From Nannocystis sp. (lineage in GTDB: Bacteria > Myxococcota_A > Polyangia > Nannocystales > Nannocystaceae): a stretch of DNA of 64,000 nucleotides. Of the stretch, positions 1-9,460 are shown in pieces; the stretch's first letter is position 1; the number at the start of each line of letters is the position of its first letter. The notes under the pieces are model-generated. The model was not told the origin of the DNA and searched no databases. It saw only the letters and a program-made list of their open reading frames with translations. The position numbers and the translations under genes were made by a program. The stretch lies in assembly GCF_016717175.1 (NCBI RefSeq), contig NZ_JADKFZ010000004.1. One strand, 5' to 3'.

Positions 1-178
1 TGGAAGGTCGAGGGCGTGCTCGACTTCTATGAGACCCCGTGGAACGCCGGCGTCGGCGCGGAGACGGGGCTGTTCATGTGCGACACCGGCGACAAGATGC
101 CGCTGTGACGGCCACTTGACGGCCACTTGACGGCCGCTGTGGCGGCCGCTGTGACGTGAGTCCGAGCGGAGGGGAGGG

Positions 179-1441
179 TCAGAGCCCGGGCGCCGCGAAG
201 GGCGCGAGGAACTCGGCGACGCGCCCGCGGATCGCGGCGCAGCGCGCTGGATCGCCGCCCGCCGCCGCGACCTCGATCGCGTCCGCGATCAGCTCGCCCA
301 CCGTGCCCATGTGTTCGGTGACGAGGCCGCGTGAGGTGATCGCCGCGAGGCCGACGCGCAGCCCCGAGGGATCGAAGGGCTTGCGGGGATCGAAGGGGAT
401 CGAGTTGGCGTTGAGCTCGATGCCGCAGCCGTTGAGCACGTGGGCGATCTTGCGGCCGCTGAGCTCGCGGGGGCTGAGGTCGACGAGCATCAGGTGATTG
501 TCGGTGCCGCCGGTGACGAGGCGGAAGCCGCGGCCGATCAGGACCTCGGCGAGGGCGCGGGCGTTGGCGACGATCTGGTGCGCGTAGGTGGTGAACGACG
601 GGGCGAGCGCCTCCCTGAAGGCGACCGCCTTGGCCGCGGTGACGTGGTTGTGCGGGCCGCCCTGCAGGCCGGGGAACACGGCCTTGTCGATCGCCGCGGC
701 GTGGGCCGCCTTGCACAGGATGAGGCCGCCACGCGGGCCGCGGAGGGTCTTGTGGGTGGTGGTCGTGACCACGTCGGCGTGCGGGACCGGGCTCGGGTGA
801 GCGCCGCCGGCGACGAGGCCGGCGATGTGGGCGATGTCCGCGGCCAGGTAGGCGCCGACCTCCTGGGCGATCGCGGCGAAGGCCGGGAAGTCGAGCACGC
901 GCGGGTAGGCCGAGTGGCCGACCCAGATGAGCTTCGGGCGGTGCTCGCGGGCGAGGCTGCGGACCTCGTCGAGGTCGATGCGGTTGTCGTCGCGACGGAC
1001 GCCGTACTGCACGGCCTTGTAGTAAATGCCGGTGGCGCTGACCTTCCAGCCGTGGGTGAGGTGGCCGCCGGCGGGCAGGGACAGGCCCATGATCGTGTCG
1101 CCCGGCTGGCACAGCGCGAGCAGAGCGGCGAGGTTCGCCGGCGAGCCCGAGTAGGGCTGCACGTTGGCGTGCTCGGCCGCGAAGAGCTGGCGCGCGCGGG
1201 CGATGGCGATGGACTCGATCGGGTCGATGAAGTCCATGCCCTCGTAGTAGCGCTTGCCCGGGTAGCCCTCGGCGTACTTGTTGGTGAGGCTGCCGGCGGT
1301 CGCGGTGAGCACGGCCCGCGAGGCGTAGTTCTCGCTGGCGATGAGGCGCAGGCTGTCGCGCTGACGGGCGTCCTCCTTGCGCATGAGGGCTTCGATCTCG
1401 GGGTCCACCTCGTGCAGGTCGGGCTCGGTGCGTGCGATCAT
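179..1441 (-). CDS. glyA: serine hydroxymethyltransferase
   Basis: 420-aa ORF with canonical SHMT sequence (ASENYAS..., [14 protein letters not shown]-lysine motif); high GC3 codon usage. Confidence 0.95.
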   Translation of the reverse strand: MIARTEPDLHEVDPEIEALMRKEDARQRDSLRLIASENYASRAVLTATAGSLTNKYAEGYPGKRYYEGMDFIDPIESIAIARARQLFAAEHANVQPYSGSPANLAALLALCQPGDTIMGLSLPAGGHLTHGWKVSATGIYYKAVQYGVRRDDNRIDLDEVRSLAREHRPKLIWVGHSAYPRVLDFPAFAAIAQEVGAYLAADIAHIAGLVAGGAHPSPVPHADVVTTTTHKTLRGPRGGLILCKAAHAAAIDKAVFPGLQGGPHNHVTAAKAVAFREALAPSFTTYAHQIVANARALAEVLIGRGFRLVTGGTDNHLMLVDLSPRELSGRKIAHVLNGCGIELNANSIPFDPRKPFDPSGLRVGLAAITSRGLVTEHMGTVGELIADAIEVAAAGGDPARCAAIRGRVAEFLAPFAAPGL

Positions 1442-1670
1442 CGCGGGCTTTATCAGGCCGGGGGGGCCGGGAAGTCAATTCGAGCGCGGCGCTTCGTGCT
1501 GCCGACGATCGCTGGCACGATCGTCAGCGATGGGGTCCGCGTTGGGGCCACACGACCCCCGCGATCCGTACGAGTCCGGACGGCGAAGGGGTGTTGCGGA
1601 GGCGCGCTCGCGCTCGCGCTCGCGGGCCGTCGGCGAGGCGCTGCGGCGGCGATGTTGATACCATGGGCTC

Positions 1671-4600
1671 GTGGGGGGATCGGGGACGTTGCGCGGCGCC
1701 CACCGAGCGGGGCCGACCTTCGACGGCGCCGACTCGGGCCCGGCCGCCGAGGACTCCTTGCGCGGCAGCACCCTCAGCGACAGCGACGAGGGCGAGGGCG
1801 AGGGCGACGGCGACGAGGTGGCCGCCGAGGCGCTCAGGTTTGAGCGCGGGGCGACGATCGATCGCTACATGATCCTCGACCGCATCGGCGCCGGGGCGAT
1901 GGGCGTGGTCTACACGGCGTATGACCCGCGCCTCGATCGCCGGGTCGCGCTCAAGGTGATGCACGCGCGGCCGGGGGCGCAGGCCAGCGACGTCGCCACT
2001 CGCCTGCTGCGCGAGGCCCAGGCGCTGGCCAAGCTCTCGCACCCCAACGTCGTCGCGGTGCACGACGCCAACGCGCTCGGCGAGGTCGTGTACCTGACGA
2101 TGGAGCTGGTCGACGGGGTGAGCCTGACGCGCTGGCTCAAGCAGCGCCCGCGCAGCGTCGACGAGACCCTCAAGGTCTTCATCGAGGCCGGGCAGGGCCT
2201 CGCAGGGGCGCACGCGGCGGGGCTCATTCACCGCGACTTCAAGCCCGACAATGTGCTGGTCGGCGACGACGGCCGCGTGCGTGTCGTCGACTTCGGCATC
2301 GCCCGCGGCGCCGATGGCCCCGACCTGATGTCGGTCGACCAGGCGATCGAGCGCTCGCAAGATCCGGCGGCCCGCAGCCTGGTCGGCGCGCCGGTCGAGC
2401 AGGCCAACGCGGTCCCGGCCGCGGCGACGCCCGAGCCGGGCGCCGAGAAGCCGGGCGAGGGCGCGGTGCTGGCGTTCGCGTCGACCGACCGCGGCGCCGT
2501 CCCGGGCTTCGCTCGCAGCAACGACCTGGCCGACACGCAGCGGGCCGAGGCCGGGCAGCTGACGCGGCGCTCCGAGGGGCGGCCGGGCAACAAGGCGCTG
2601 GTGATCGCGGCGGCGGCGGCGGCAGCGGGCACGGGCGGCGAGCGCCCGCGCCTGCACGCATCGCAGCTCGAGACGGCGATCCCCGGGCTGTCCTCGGTGC
2701 GGCTGACGCGGACCGGCGCGCTGGTCGGGACGCCGGCTTACATGGCGCCGGAGCAGCACATCGCGGCTCGCGTCGACGCGCGCACCGATCAGTTCGCCTT
2801 CTGCATCGCGCTGTACGAGGCGCTGTTCGGCAGCCATCCTTTCCCGGCCAAGAACTACGTGCAGCTGAGCCTCAGCGTGCTCGGCGGCAAGGTCGACGCG
2901 ATGGTCGGCCGCAGCGACGTGCCAGTTCGCGTGCGCAAGGCGATCCTGCGCGGGCTCTCGGTCGACCCGGACCAGCGCTTCGCCAGCATGGACGAGCTCA
3001 TCGGGGCGCTGCGCGCCGACCCGGAGCTGCGGCGACGTCGGCGGGTCGCGGTGGCGCTCTTGGCCGGCGGCGTGGCGGGCGTGCTGGCGCTGGCCGGCGC
3101 CCAGGTGTTCGGCGGGGCCCCGCCCTGCGAGGGCGCCGATCGCCACATGGTCGAGGTCTACAACGACGCGGCCCGCGACGACATCCGCGCCGCCTTCCTG
3201 GCGACCGAGCAGCCTTACGCGCCGAAGGTGCTGGAGAGCAGCCTCGCGGGCCTCGATCGCTGGTCGCAGGAGTGGTCGGGCATGCGCCGCGAGGCCTGCG
3301 AGGCGACCCATGTCCACCACGAGCAGTCGGCCGATCTGCTCGAGCGGAGGATCGCCTGCCTCGACCGCAAGCTGCGCAGCCTGTCGGCGATGGTGGCGGT
3401 GCTGCGCGTCGCCGACAAGGACGTGGTGCTGCACGCCGTGCAGTCGGTCGACGCGCTGCCCGAGCTGGCCGAGTGTGAGGACCGCGAGCGGCTGACCCGC
3501 GGCGACGCGCCGTCGGAGCAGAAGAAGCCGATCATCGCGGCGGCCGAGGTGAAGCTGGCGCAGGCCGAGGCGGCGCGGCTCGCCGTGCAGTACGACAACG
3601 CCGAGCGCCTGGCCGGCGAGGCGCTGGCGGTCGCCCGCAGCGAGGGGCTCGCGCGGGTCGAGGTCCAGGCGCTCACGGTGCTCGGGCGGGTCGCCAAGAA
3701 CCAGGGCCGGATCGGCGTCGCCGAGCAGAGCTTCACCGAGGCGGGGCTGATCGCCGAGCGGGTCGGGGCCGACGAGCTGCGCCTCACGGCCGACGGCGAG
3801 CTCGGCGTGGTCCTCGGCGTGCTCTCGCAGCAGCACGCCGAGGCGGAGCGCACGCTGCGGCACGCCGAGGCGCTGCTCGACCGGGTCGGGGCCACGCCGC
3901 ACGAGCGGGTCCGGCTGCGCGAGCGGCTCGGCATGGTGCTCGCGCAGCGCGGGCAGACGGCCGAGGCGCGCGACCTCCTGAGCCTCGCGCTCAGCGAGGC
4001 CGAGGCGCTCCCCGGCGACGGCGGCACCGGCCTGGTCTCGATCCTCAACGCGCGCGGCACGGTGCACGACCAGCGCGGCGAGTCGGCGGCCGCGCTGGCG
4101 GACTTCGGCCGGGCCCTGGCGATCTGCGAGGCTCACCTCAGCCCCGACCACCCCGACGTCGCCGCGATCCTCAGCAACATGGCGATCATCGAGCTGAACG
4201 GCGGCCAGTACGAGCGGGCCCGCGAGCGCTTCGAGCGGGCCTTGAAGATCCATCGCCTGGTGCTCGGCGACGATCACCCGATCACCGGCTCGACGCACAT
4301 GAACCTCGGCACCCTGCTGCAGCAGATGGAGGACTACGACGGGGCGGCCGCGCAGTACGAGCAGGCGCTGGCGGTCGCGACCAAGGCCGGGGGCAGCGAC
4401 GCCGACCTCGCCGACATCCTCTACAACCTCGGCGCGGTCTACCAGCTGCGCAAAGAGTATGAGCGGGCCCTGACGCCCTACCGCGACGCGCTGGCCCGCA
4501 GCGAGCGGGTGCACGGGCCGGACCACGCTGAGGTCGCCTATCCGCTGTTTGGCCTCGGCGGCGTGCTGGTGGAGCTCGGTAGGTACGCCGAGGGCCGCGA

Positions 4601-4823
4601 GCTGCTCGAGCGGGCCCTGGCGATCCGCACGCGCAAGGACGTGGTCCCGGTCGATATCGGGGAGCTGCGCTTCGCCCTCGCGCGGGCGGTCGCGCCCGTC
4701 GACCGCGATCGCGCGCACGTGCTGGCGATCCAGGCCCGTAGCGACTACAGCGATGCCGCCGACGCGGACAGCGTTCAGCGCATCAACACCTGGCTCAAGG
4801 GACAGCTCAAGCGAGCGCCCTGA
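1671..4823 (+). CDS. Ser/Thr protein kinase with long activation-segment insertion, one TM helix and C-terminal TPR repeats
   Basis: GxGxxG (IGAGAMGVVY), VALK, HRDFKPDNVLV, DFG, GTPAYMAPE motifs; hydrophobic segment after kinase domain; TPR-like repeats to C-terminus; GTG start at 1671 uncertain. Confidence 0.85.
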   Translation: MGGSGTLRGAHRAGPTFDGADSGPAAEDSLRGSTLSDSDEGEGEGDGDEVAAEALRFERGATIDRYMILDRIGAGAMGVVYTAYDPRLDRRVALKVMHARPGAQASDVATRLLREAQALAKLSHPNVVAVHDANALGEVVYLTMELVDGVSLTRWLKQRPRSVDETLKVFIEAGQGLAGAHAAGLIHRDFKPDNVLVGDDGRVRVVDFGIARGADGPDLMSVDQAIERSQDPAARSLVGAPVEQANAVPAAATPEPGAEKPGEGAVLAFASTDRGAVPGFARSNDLADTQRAEAGQLTRRSEGRPGNKALVIAAAAAAAGTGGERPRLHASQLETAIPGLSSVRLTRTGALVGTPAYMAPEQHIAARVDARTDQFAFCIALYEALFGSHPFPAKNYVQLSLSVLGGKVDAMVGRSDVPVRVRKAILRGLSVDPDQRFASMDELIGALRADPELRRRRRVAVALLAGGVAGVLALAGAQVFGGAPPCEGADRHMVEVYNDAARDDIRAAFLATEQPYAPKVLESSLAGLDRWSQEWSGMRREACEATHVHHEQSADLLERRIACLDRKLRSLSAMVAVLRVADKDVVLHAVQSVDALPELAECEDRERLTRGDAPSEQKKPIIAAAEVKLAQAEAARLAVQYDNAERLAGEALAVARSEGLARVEVQALTVLGRVAKNQGRIGVAEQSFTEAGLIAERVGADELRLTADGELGVVLGVLSQQHAEAERTLRHAEALLDRVGATPHERVRLRERLGMVLAQRGQTAEARDLLSLALSEAEALPGDGGTGLVSILNARGTVHDQRGESAAALADFGRALAICEAHLSPDHPDVAAILSNMAIIELNGGQYERARERFERALKIHRLVLGDDHPITGSTHMNLGTLLQQMEDYDGAAAQYEQALAVATKAGGSDADLADILYNLGAVYQLRKEYERALTPYRDALARSERVHGPDHAEVAYPLFGLGGVLVELGRYAEGRELLERALAIRTRKDVVPVDIGELRFALARAVAPVDRDRAHVLAIQARSDYSDAADADSVQRINTWLKGQLKRAP

Positions 4824-4980
4824 GGTGGTGGCCGCGGCGATCGCCACGGCCTCGATCCTATGCGTGCACTTGTGCGCGAAGCCGGAATGCGCGCAAAAGG
4901 CCGGCTGTTGGCGATTGCGCGGCGATTGCGTGTGCATGTAAACCAGGGGGCGCCGGCCGACCAACCAGCGAGGGAATTTC

Positions 4981-5718
4981 ATGCCCACACCCAAGAACAA
5001 GCGAATCGTCGTCCTCCAGTCCAGCTACTCCGCCACCAACGTCATCGCGAACCTGAACCTCACGATGAACGCGAACTTCACGACGCCCGGCAATGTCACG
5101 ACGGTCAACCTGCTCGAGGACTCGAGCGGGACCGGGACGGAGGCGACCGAGTATCAGATGTCGTTCAGCATCGCCGGCGCGGCGGGCAGCGTGGCGATCG
5201 GCGCGATCACCCTGAGCTTCACGGGCGAGGGCGCCGAGCTCGCCAGCGGCGTGAGCGTGGCCAAGACCTCGGCCAGCACCACCACCGTGCCGCGTGGCAG
5301 CAGCGGCCGGGTCACGCCGATCCCCACCCCCGACGCGTACCAGGAGCGCGTGTGGTCGCAGACCGCCCTGAACGGGGCCGACGAGCTGGTCGACCAGGTC
5401 GCCGGCATCGACATGCGCGTCAAGGCCGAGAGCGGCTACACCGTGACGCAGACCGTGACCTCGTGGGACGAGGACGAGCTGGTCGTCGCCTACGAGTGGA
5501 AGAACGCCACCGGCAGCAGCGTGGCGTCCGGCACGGTGCGGCTCGAGGCGGCCTCGACCGCGCAGGGCAGCTACACGCTCGGCAGCGTGGTGGTGGTCGA
5601 CGACCCGCCGCAGGGCGCTTCGCGCCTGGCCGGCGAGACCCGCAGCGCCCTGCGCGAGCGCATCCGTGGGGTCACCCGCGAGATCCGCCGCCTCCGTCGC
5701 GAAGCCCGCGGCGGCTGA
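4981..5718 (+). CDS. hypothetical protein, Ser/Thr/Asn/Gly-rich, basic C-terminal helix, no signal peptide
   Basis: 245-aa ORF with very high GC3 despite atypical amino-acid composition; RBS-like GAGGGA upstream; competing antisense ORFs look spurious. Confidence 0.6.
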   Translation: MPTPKNKRIVVLQSSYSATNVIANLNLTMNANFTTPGNVTTVNLLEDSSGTGTEATEYQMSFSIAGAAGSVAIGAITLSFTGEGAELASGVSVAKTSASTTTVPRGSSGRVTPIPTPDAYQERVWSQTALNGADELVDQVAGIDMRVKAESGYTVTQTVTSWDEDELVVAYEWKNATGSSVASGTVRLEAASTAQGSYTLGSVVVVDDPPQGASRLAGETRSALRERIRGVTREIRRLRREARGG

Positions 5719-5831
5719 GCCAGCGCGCACGCCGGGCGCCGGTCGCTGCGGCGACGCGGCGCCCTGTTCGTTGCGTACACATGCGGGCGCTGCTTGGCCA
5801 GCGCCGCGGTCTGCGGTGTATCCTGCCGTCG

Positions 5832-6503
5832 ATGGCTGACGCGGATTCCCCGCTGCTCGCGGCTTCCGGGCTGCGCCTGCGCCCGGTGGTCGGCCCACCG
5901 GCGACGGCCCGCCGCGTGCTGGTGATCGACAACTACGACTCGTTCACCTTCAACATCGTCCAGTACCTGCTGCAGCTCGGCGCGGTGGTCGACGTGTACC
6001 GAAACGACGCGGTCGACGCGGCCCAGGTGCTGGCCGATCGCCCGAGCCACGTGTTGCTGTCCCCGGGGCCAGGTCGCCCGCAGGACAGCGGCGTGTGTCA
6101 GGCGCTGTGCCGCTTGCTGGCGGATCCAGCCGCCCCCGCGATCCCGCTGCTCGGCGTGTGCCTCGGCCACCAGACCCTGTGCGAGGTGCACGGCGCGACG
6201 GTCGAGCGCGCGGGGCGGATCATGCACGGCAAGCTGTCGCCGATCTTCCACGACGGGAGCGGGGTGTTCGCGGGCCTGCCCTCGCCGTTCATGGCGACCC
6301 GCTACCACTCGCTGGTGGCGCTCGAGGCGACCCTCCCGGCCTGCCTGCGGCCGGTCGCGCGGACCGACCAGGGCGAGCTGATGGGCGTGCGTCACGCGAG
6401 CCGCCCGCTGTTCGGGGTCCAGTTCCACCCGGAGTCGGTGCTCAGCGAGCACGGCCACGCGCTGCTGGAGAACTTCCTCGAGCAGCCTGTGGCGGCACGA
6501 TGA
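5832..6503 (+). CDS. trpG: anthranilate synthase component II / class I glutamine amidotransferase (TrpG/PabA family)
   Basis: VIDNYDSFTFNIVQYL..., catalytic GVCLGHQ and FHPES motifs; start taken at ATG 5832 inside a longer six-frame ORF. Confidence 0.85.
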   Translation: MADADSPLLAASGLRLRPVVGPPATARRVLVIDNYDSFTFNIVQYLLQLGAVVDVYRNDAVDAAQVLADRPSHVLLSPGPGRPQDSGVCQALCRLLADPAAPAIPLLGVCLGHQTLCEVHGATVERAGRIMHGKLSPIFHDGSGVFAGLPSPFMATRYHSLVALEATLPACLRPVARTDQGELMGVRHASRPLFGVQFHPESVLSEHGHALLENFLEQPVAAR

Positions 6504-6527
6504 GCGTTTGCGGCATACTCGGGCACC

Positions 6528-7334
6528 ATGACGGGCACGGGCGGTAGCTTCCTCGACAAGATCCTCGCGGCCAAGCGCGCCGAGCTGGCGGGCGCCCGGG
6601 CCACGCGATCCGCGGCGCTCTCCGACCGCGACCTGCTCGAGCTCGGGGCCCGCCTGCCGCGTCCACGCGACTTCACGGCGGCGCTGCGCGAGGGCCCGCG
6701 TCCGGCGATCATCGCCGAGTTCAAGCGCGCCTCGCCGAGCGCCGGCTGGCTGCGCGAGGACGCTGATCCGCGGCACATCGGCACGCTCTACGCGGCCGGC
6801 GGCGCGACCTGCATGAGCATCGTGACCGACCGCCACTACGGCGGCAGCTTCGACGACCTGCGCGCGGTCCGACAGACCGTCACGCTGCCGCTGCTGTGCA
6901 AGGACTTCATCCTCGAGAAGACCCAGATCGTCGAGGCCAAGCGGGTCGGCGCGGATTGTGTGCTGCTCATCGTCGCCGCCCTGCCGCCGCCGCAGCTGCG
7001 GGCGTTGCTGGAATTCACCCGCCAGCTCGACATGCAGGCGCTGGTCGAGACCCGCGACGAGCACGAGCTCGATCGGGCGATGGCGGCCGGCGCCCGCCTG
7101 ATCGCGGTCAACGCCCGCGACCTCGACGGCGTCGAGATCGACGTGGGTCGGGCCGCGCGCCTGCGCAAGCTGGTGCCGGACAGCTTCACCTACGTGGCCG
7201 AGAGCGGGGTGCACTCGGTCGACGACGCGATCCGCCTGCGCGACGCCGGGGTCGACGCGATCCTGATCGGCAGCTACTTGATGGAGGCGGCGAACCCCGG
7301 CGAGGCGCTGCGCCAGCTGATCCTCCAGCTCTGA
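6528..7334 (+). CDS. trpC: indole-3-glycerol phosphate synthase
   Basis: FLDKILAAKRAEL..., IIAEFKRASPS, LLCKDFI motifs typical of TrpC; 24 nt after trpG. Confidence 0.9.
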   Translation: MTGTGGSFLDKILAAKRAELAGARATRSAALSDRDLLELGARLPRPRDFTAALREGPRPAIIAEFKRASPSAGWLREDADPRHIGTLYAAGGATCMSIVTDRHYGGSFDDLRAVRQTVTLPLLCKDFILEKTQIVEAKRVGADCVLLIVAALPPPQLRALLEFTRQLDMQALVETRDEHELDRAMAAGARLIAVNARDLDGVEIDVGRAARLRKLVPDSFTYVAESGVHSVDDAIRLRDAGVDAILIGSYLMEAANPGEALRQLILQL

Positions 7335-7339
7335 CGCGG

Positions 7340-7356
7340 CTGTCCCGAAGGCCAGG
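7340..7356. repeat. palindromic element copy (CTGTCCCGAAGGCCAGG) between convergent trpC and rlmJ ends
   Basis: inverted repeat directly after trpC stop; member of dispersed family (see findings). Confidence 0.5.
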
Positions 7357-7386
7357 TCAACCGATTCGGGGCTCGGGCGAGCGCGC

Positions 7387-8238
7387 TCACTCGCCGACGA
7401 TCCACTCGACGCGGGTGCGGGTCGACGCCGCGGGATCGAGGTCGTCGTCGGCGACGCGCGCGGCGAGGGCCGGCAGCGCGGCGCGCAGGACCACGTCGCT
7501 GCGCCACGGCGGATTGACGACGATCATGCCGGAGCCGCCGAGGCCGTCGGCGTCGTCGAGGCGGGTGTAGAGCTCGAGCGCGAGGACCCGGCGGATCACC
7601 CCGTGCATGAGCGCCGCGTGCAGCTTGCCGCGGGCGACCGGGCCCTTGATCGGGTACCACAGCGCGAGGCAGCCGGTCGGCCAGCGCGCGTGCGCCGTGT
7701 GCAGCCCGGCCAGCGCCGCGGCGAACTCGTCCGGCCGCTCGAAGGGCGGGTCGATGAGCACCAGGCCGCGGCGCTCCTTCGGCGGCAGGAAGGCCTTGAT
7801 GCCCTCGTAGCCGTCGCGCCGGTGGACGGCGACCTGCGGGTCGCCGCGAAACTCGTCGTGCAGGGTCTCGACGTCCTTCATGTGCAGCTCGCACGCGATC
7901 ATGCGGTCGCCTGGGCGCAGCAGGGCGCGGACCACCCGCGGCGAGCCCGGGTACACGCGCAGCGCGCCGTCTGGGTTGCAGGCCTCGATCAGGCGCAGGA
8001 GGTCGGCGAGCGGCCCCGGCAAGCCCTGCGCCCCCCACAGCCGCGCGACGCCGCGCGCGTACTCACCTGTCCTTTGGGACATCTCGTGGGCGAGCTGGTA
8101 GCTGCCGGCGCCCGCGTGGGTGTCGAGGTAACAGAGCGGCGTCGGCTTGTCCTGCAGGCGGCGCACGAGGTGGACCAGCACGAGGTGCTTGAGCAGGTCG
8201 GCGGCGCCGCCGGCATGGTAGTGGTGGCGGTAATTCAT
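7387..8238 (-). CDS. rlmJ: 23S rRNA (adenine2030-N6)-methyltransferase RlmJ
   Basis: hallmark N-terminus MNYRHHYHAGG..DLLKH and DPPFE motif; start placed at internal ATG 8238. Confidence 0.8.
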   Translation of the reverse strand: MNYRHHYHAGGAADLLKHLVLVHLVRRLQDKPTPLCYLDTHAGAGSYQLAHEMSQRTGEYARGVARLWGAQGLPGPLADLLRLIEACNPDGALRVYPGSPRVVRALLRPGDRMIACELHMKDVETLHDEFRGDPQVAVHRRDGYEGIKAFLPPKERRGLVLIDPPFERPDEFAAALAGLHTAHARWPTGCLALWYPIKGPVARGKLHAALMHGVIRRVLALELYTRLDDADGLGGSGMIVVNPPWRSDVVLRAALPALAARVADDDLDPAASTRTRVEWIVGE

Positions 8239-8351
8239 CGGCGGCAGGCGGGCAGGGCGGCGCAGCATAGCGGATCGTGTGTGCGTCCGCGCCTGCGCCA
8301 CAGCGCCGCCGGCGCGGCCGAAACGGCGTATTGTTGCGCCGCCCTGCCCGC

Positions 8352-9389
8352 ATGACCGACTCCGCGAACCCTGCGCCGACGCCCGCGCCGATCCCCGAGA
8401 CGATCCTGGCCACGAGCGCGACGCCGGCGAGCTCCGCGACCTCGCTGCAAAGCCCGGCGCCGGTACGGGCGGTGCATGGCTGGCGGCGCCTGCCGATGAA
8501 CACCATGCGGCTGCTCCGCTTCACGCTGCGGGTGCTGTCGCATCTGAGCAAGAACCACGCGCTGCTGCTGGCCGGCGGGATCGCCTACAACGTGATGCTG
8601 TCGATCGTGCCGCTGCTGACGGTGCTGCTGGTGGTCCTGACCCGCCTGCTCGATCGCCAGCAGCTGCTCGACATCATCTCCACCGAGCTGGCGCTGCTCA
8701 TCCCGTCGCAGGCGCAGAGCATCACCGACCAGGTCGGCGCGCTGATCGACAACGCCGACATTATCGGCGGGGTCGGCATCCTCGTGCTGCTGTTCTTCAG
8801 CTCGTGGGCGTTCAAGATCCTCGAGGGCGCGCTGGCCATCGTGTTCGCGCGGACCAAGGCCCGGCGCGTGCGCGGCGTGTGGATGTCGTTGCTCATCCCG
8901 TACATCTGGATCCTGGTCCTCGGCGTCGGGCTGTTCGTGTTGACCGTCGTGGTCGGCTTCGTCGAGGCCGTCTCGGAGACCGATCTGCACCTGTTCGGCC
9001 GCATCGTCTCGCTCGGGGCCATGCCGGCGCTGATGCTCAAGCTCACCGGCTTCCTGACGCTGGTGGTCCTGTTCACCTCGATCTATCACGTGCTGCCGAT
9101 CTCCGAGGTCTCGTTCAAGCGGGCCCTGGCCGGCGGGCTCGCGGCGGCGATCCTGTGGGACATCCTGCGCCGCTTCCTGATGGTCTACTTCGCCAAGATC
9201 TCGCTGGTGAACACGGTCTACGGCTCGCTGGCCACGGTGATCATCGTCCTGCTCACGCTCGAGTTCGCGGCGCTCATCATCCTGTTCGGCGCGCAGGTCA
9301 TCTCGGAGATCCAGCACAGCGAGGAGGCCGGCCTGCCGTGGTACGAGGGCGTGCCCGTCGAAGAGGTCGTCGGCGTGCGCCAGGGCTAG
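8352..9389 (+). CDS. YihY/BrkB (virulence factor BrkB / RNase BN-like) family membrane protein
   Basis: multi-TM protein with GGIAYNVMLSIVPLL and YGSLATVIIVLL..FGAQV segments typical of YihY family. Confidence 0.8.
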   Translation: MTDSANPAPTPAPIPETILATSATPASSATSLQSPAPVRAVHGWRRLPMNTMRLLRFTLRVLSHLSKNHALLLAGGIAYNVMLSIVPLLTVLLVVLTRLLDRQQLLDIISTELALLIPSQAQSITDQVGALIDNADIIGGVGILVLLFFSSWAFKILEGALAIVFARTKARRVRGVWMSLLIPYIWILVLGVGLFVLTVVVGFVEAVSETDLHLFGRIVSLGAMPALMLKLTGFLTLVVLFTSIYHVLPISEVSFKRALAGGLAAAILWDILRRFLMVYFAKISLVNTVYGSLATVIIVLLTLEFAALIILFGAQVISEIQHSEEAGLPWYEGVPVEEVVGVRQG

Positions 9390-9401
9390 CTGCGGGCCCC
9401 G

Positions 9402-9460
9402 GCGTCACGGCGTCACGGCGTCATGGTGTCATGGTGTCATGGTGTCATGGTGTCATGGCG
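9402..9460. repeat. tandem repeat, 8-bp unit (GCGTCACG / GTGTCATG) x7
   Basis: direct reading of sequence between convergent yihY-like and flotillin-like genes. Confidence 0.9.

Noticed and set aside
27-1478. 483-aa ORF on the minus strand overlapping glyA in another frame (Arg/Pro-rich)
   Set aside because: Typical GC-rich out-of-frame artefact. glyA in the 179-1441 frame has full family signatures.
1524-5000. 1158-aa antisense ORF opposite the Ser/Thr kinase
   Set aside because: Low-complexity Arg/Ala/Gly-rich translation with no motifs. It is antisense to a kinase with complete catalytic motifs.
4860-6503. 547-aa ORF spanning the 4981 gene and trpG
   Set aside because: Only the last 224 aa (trpG) are gene-like. 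The upstream part is an Arg-rich out-of-frame read-through of the 4981-5718 gene.
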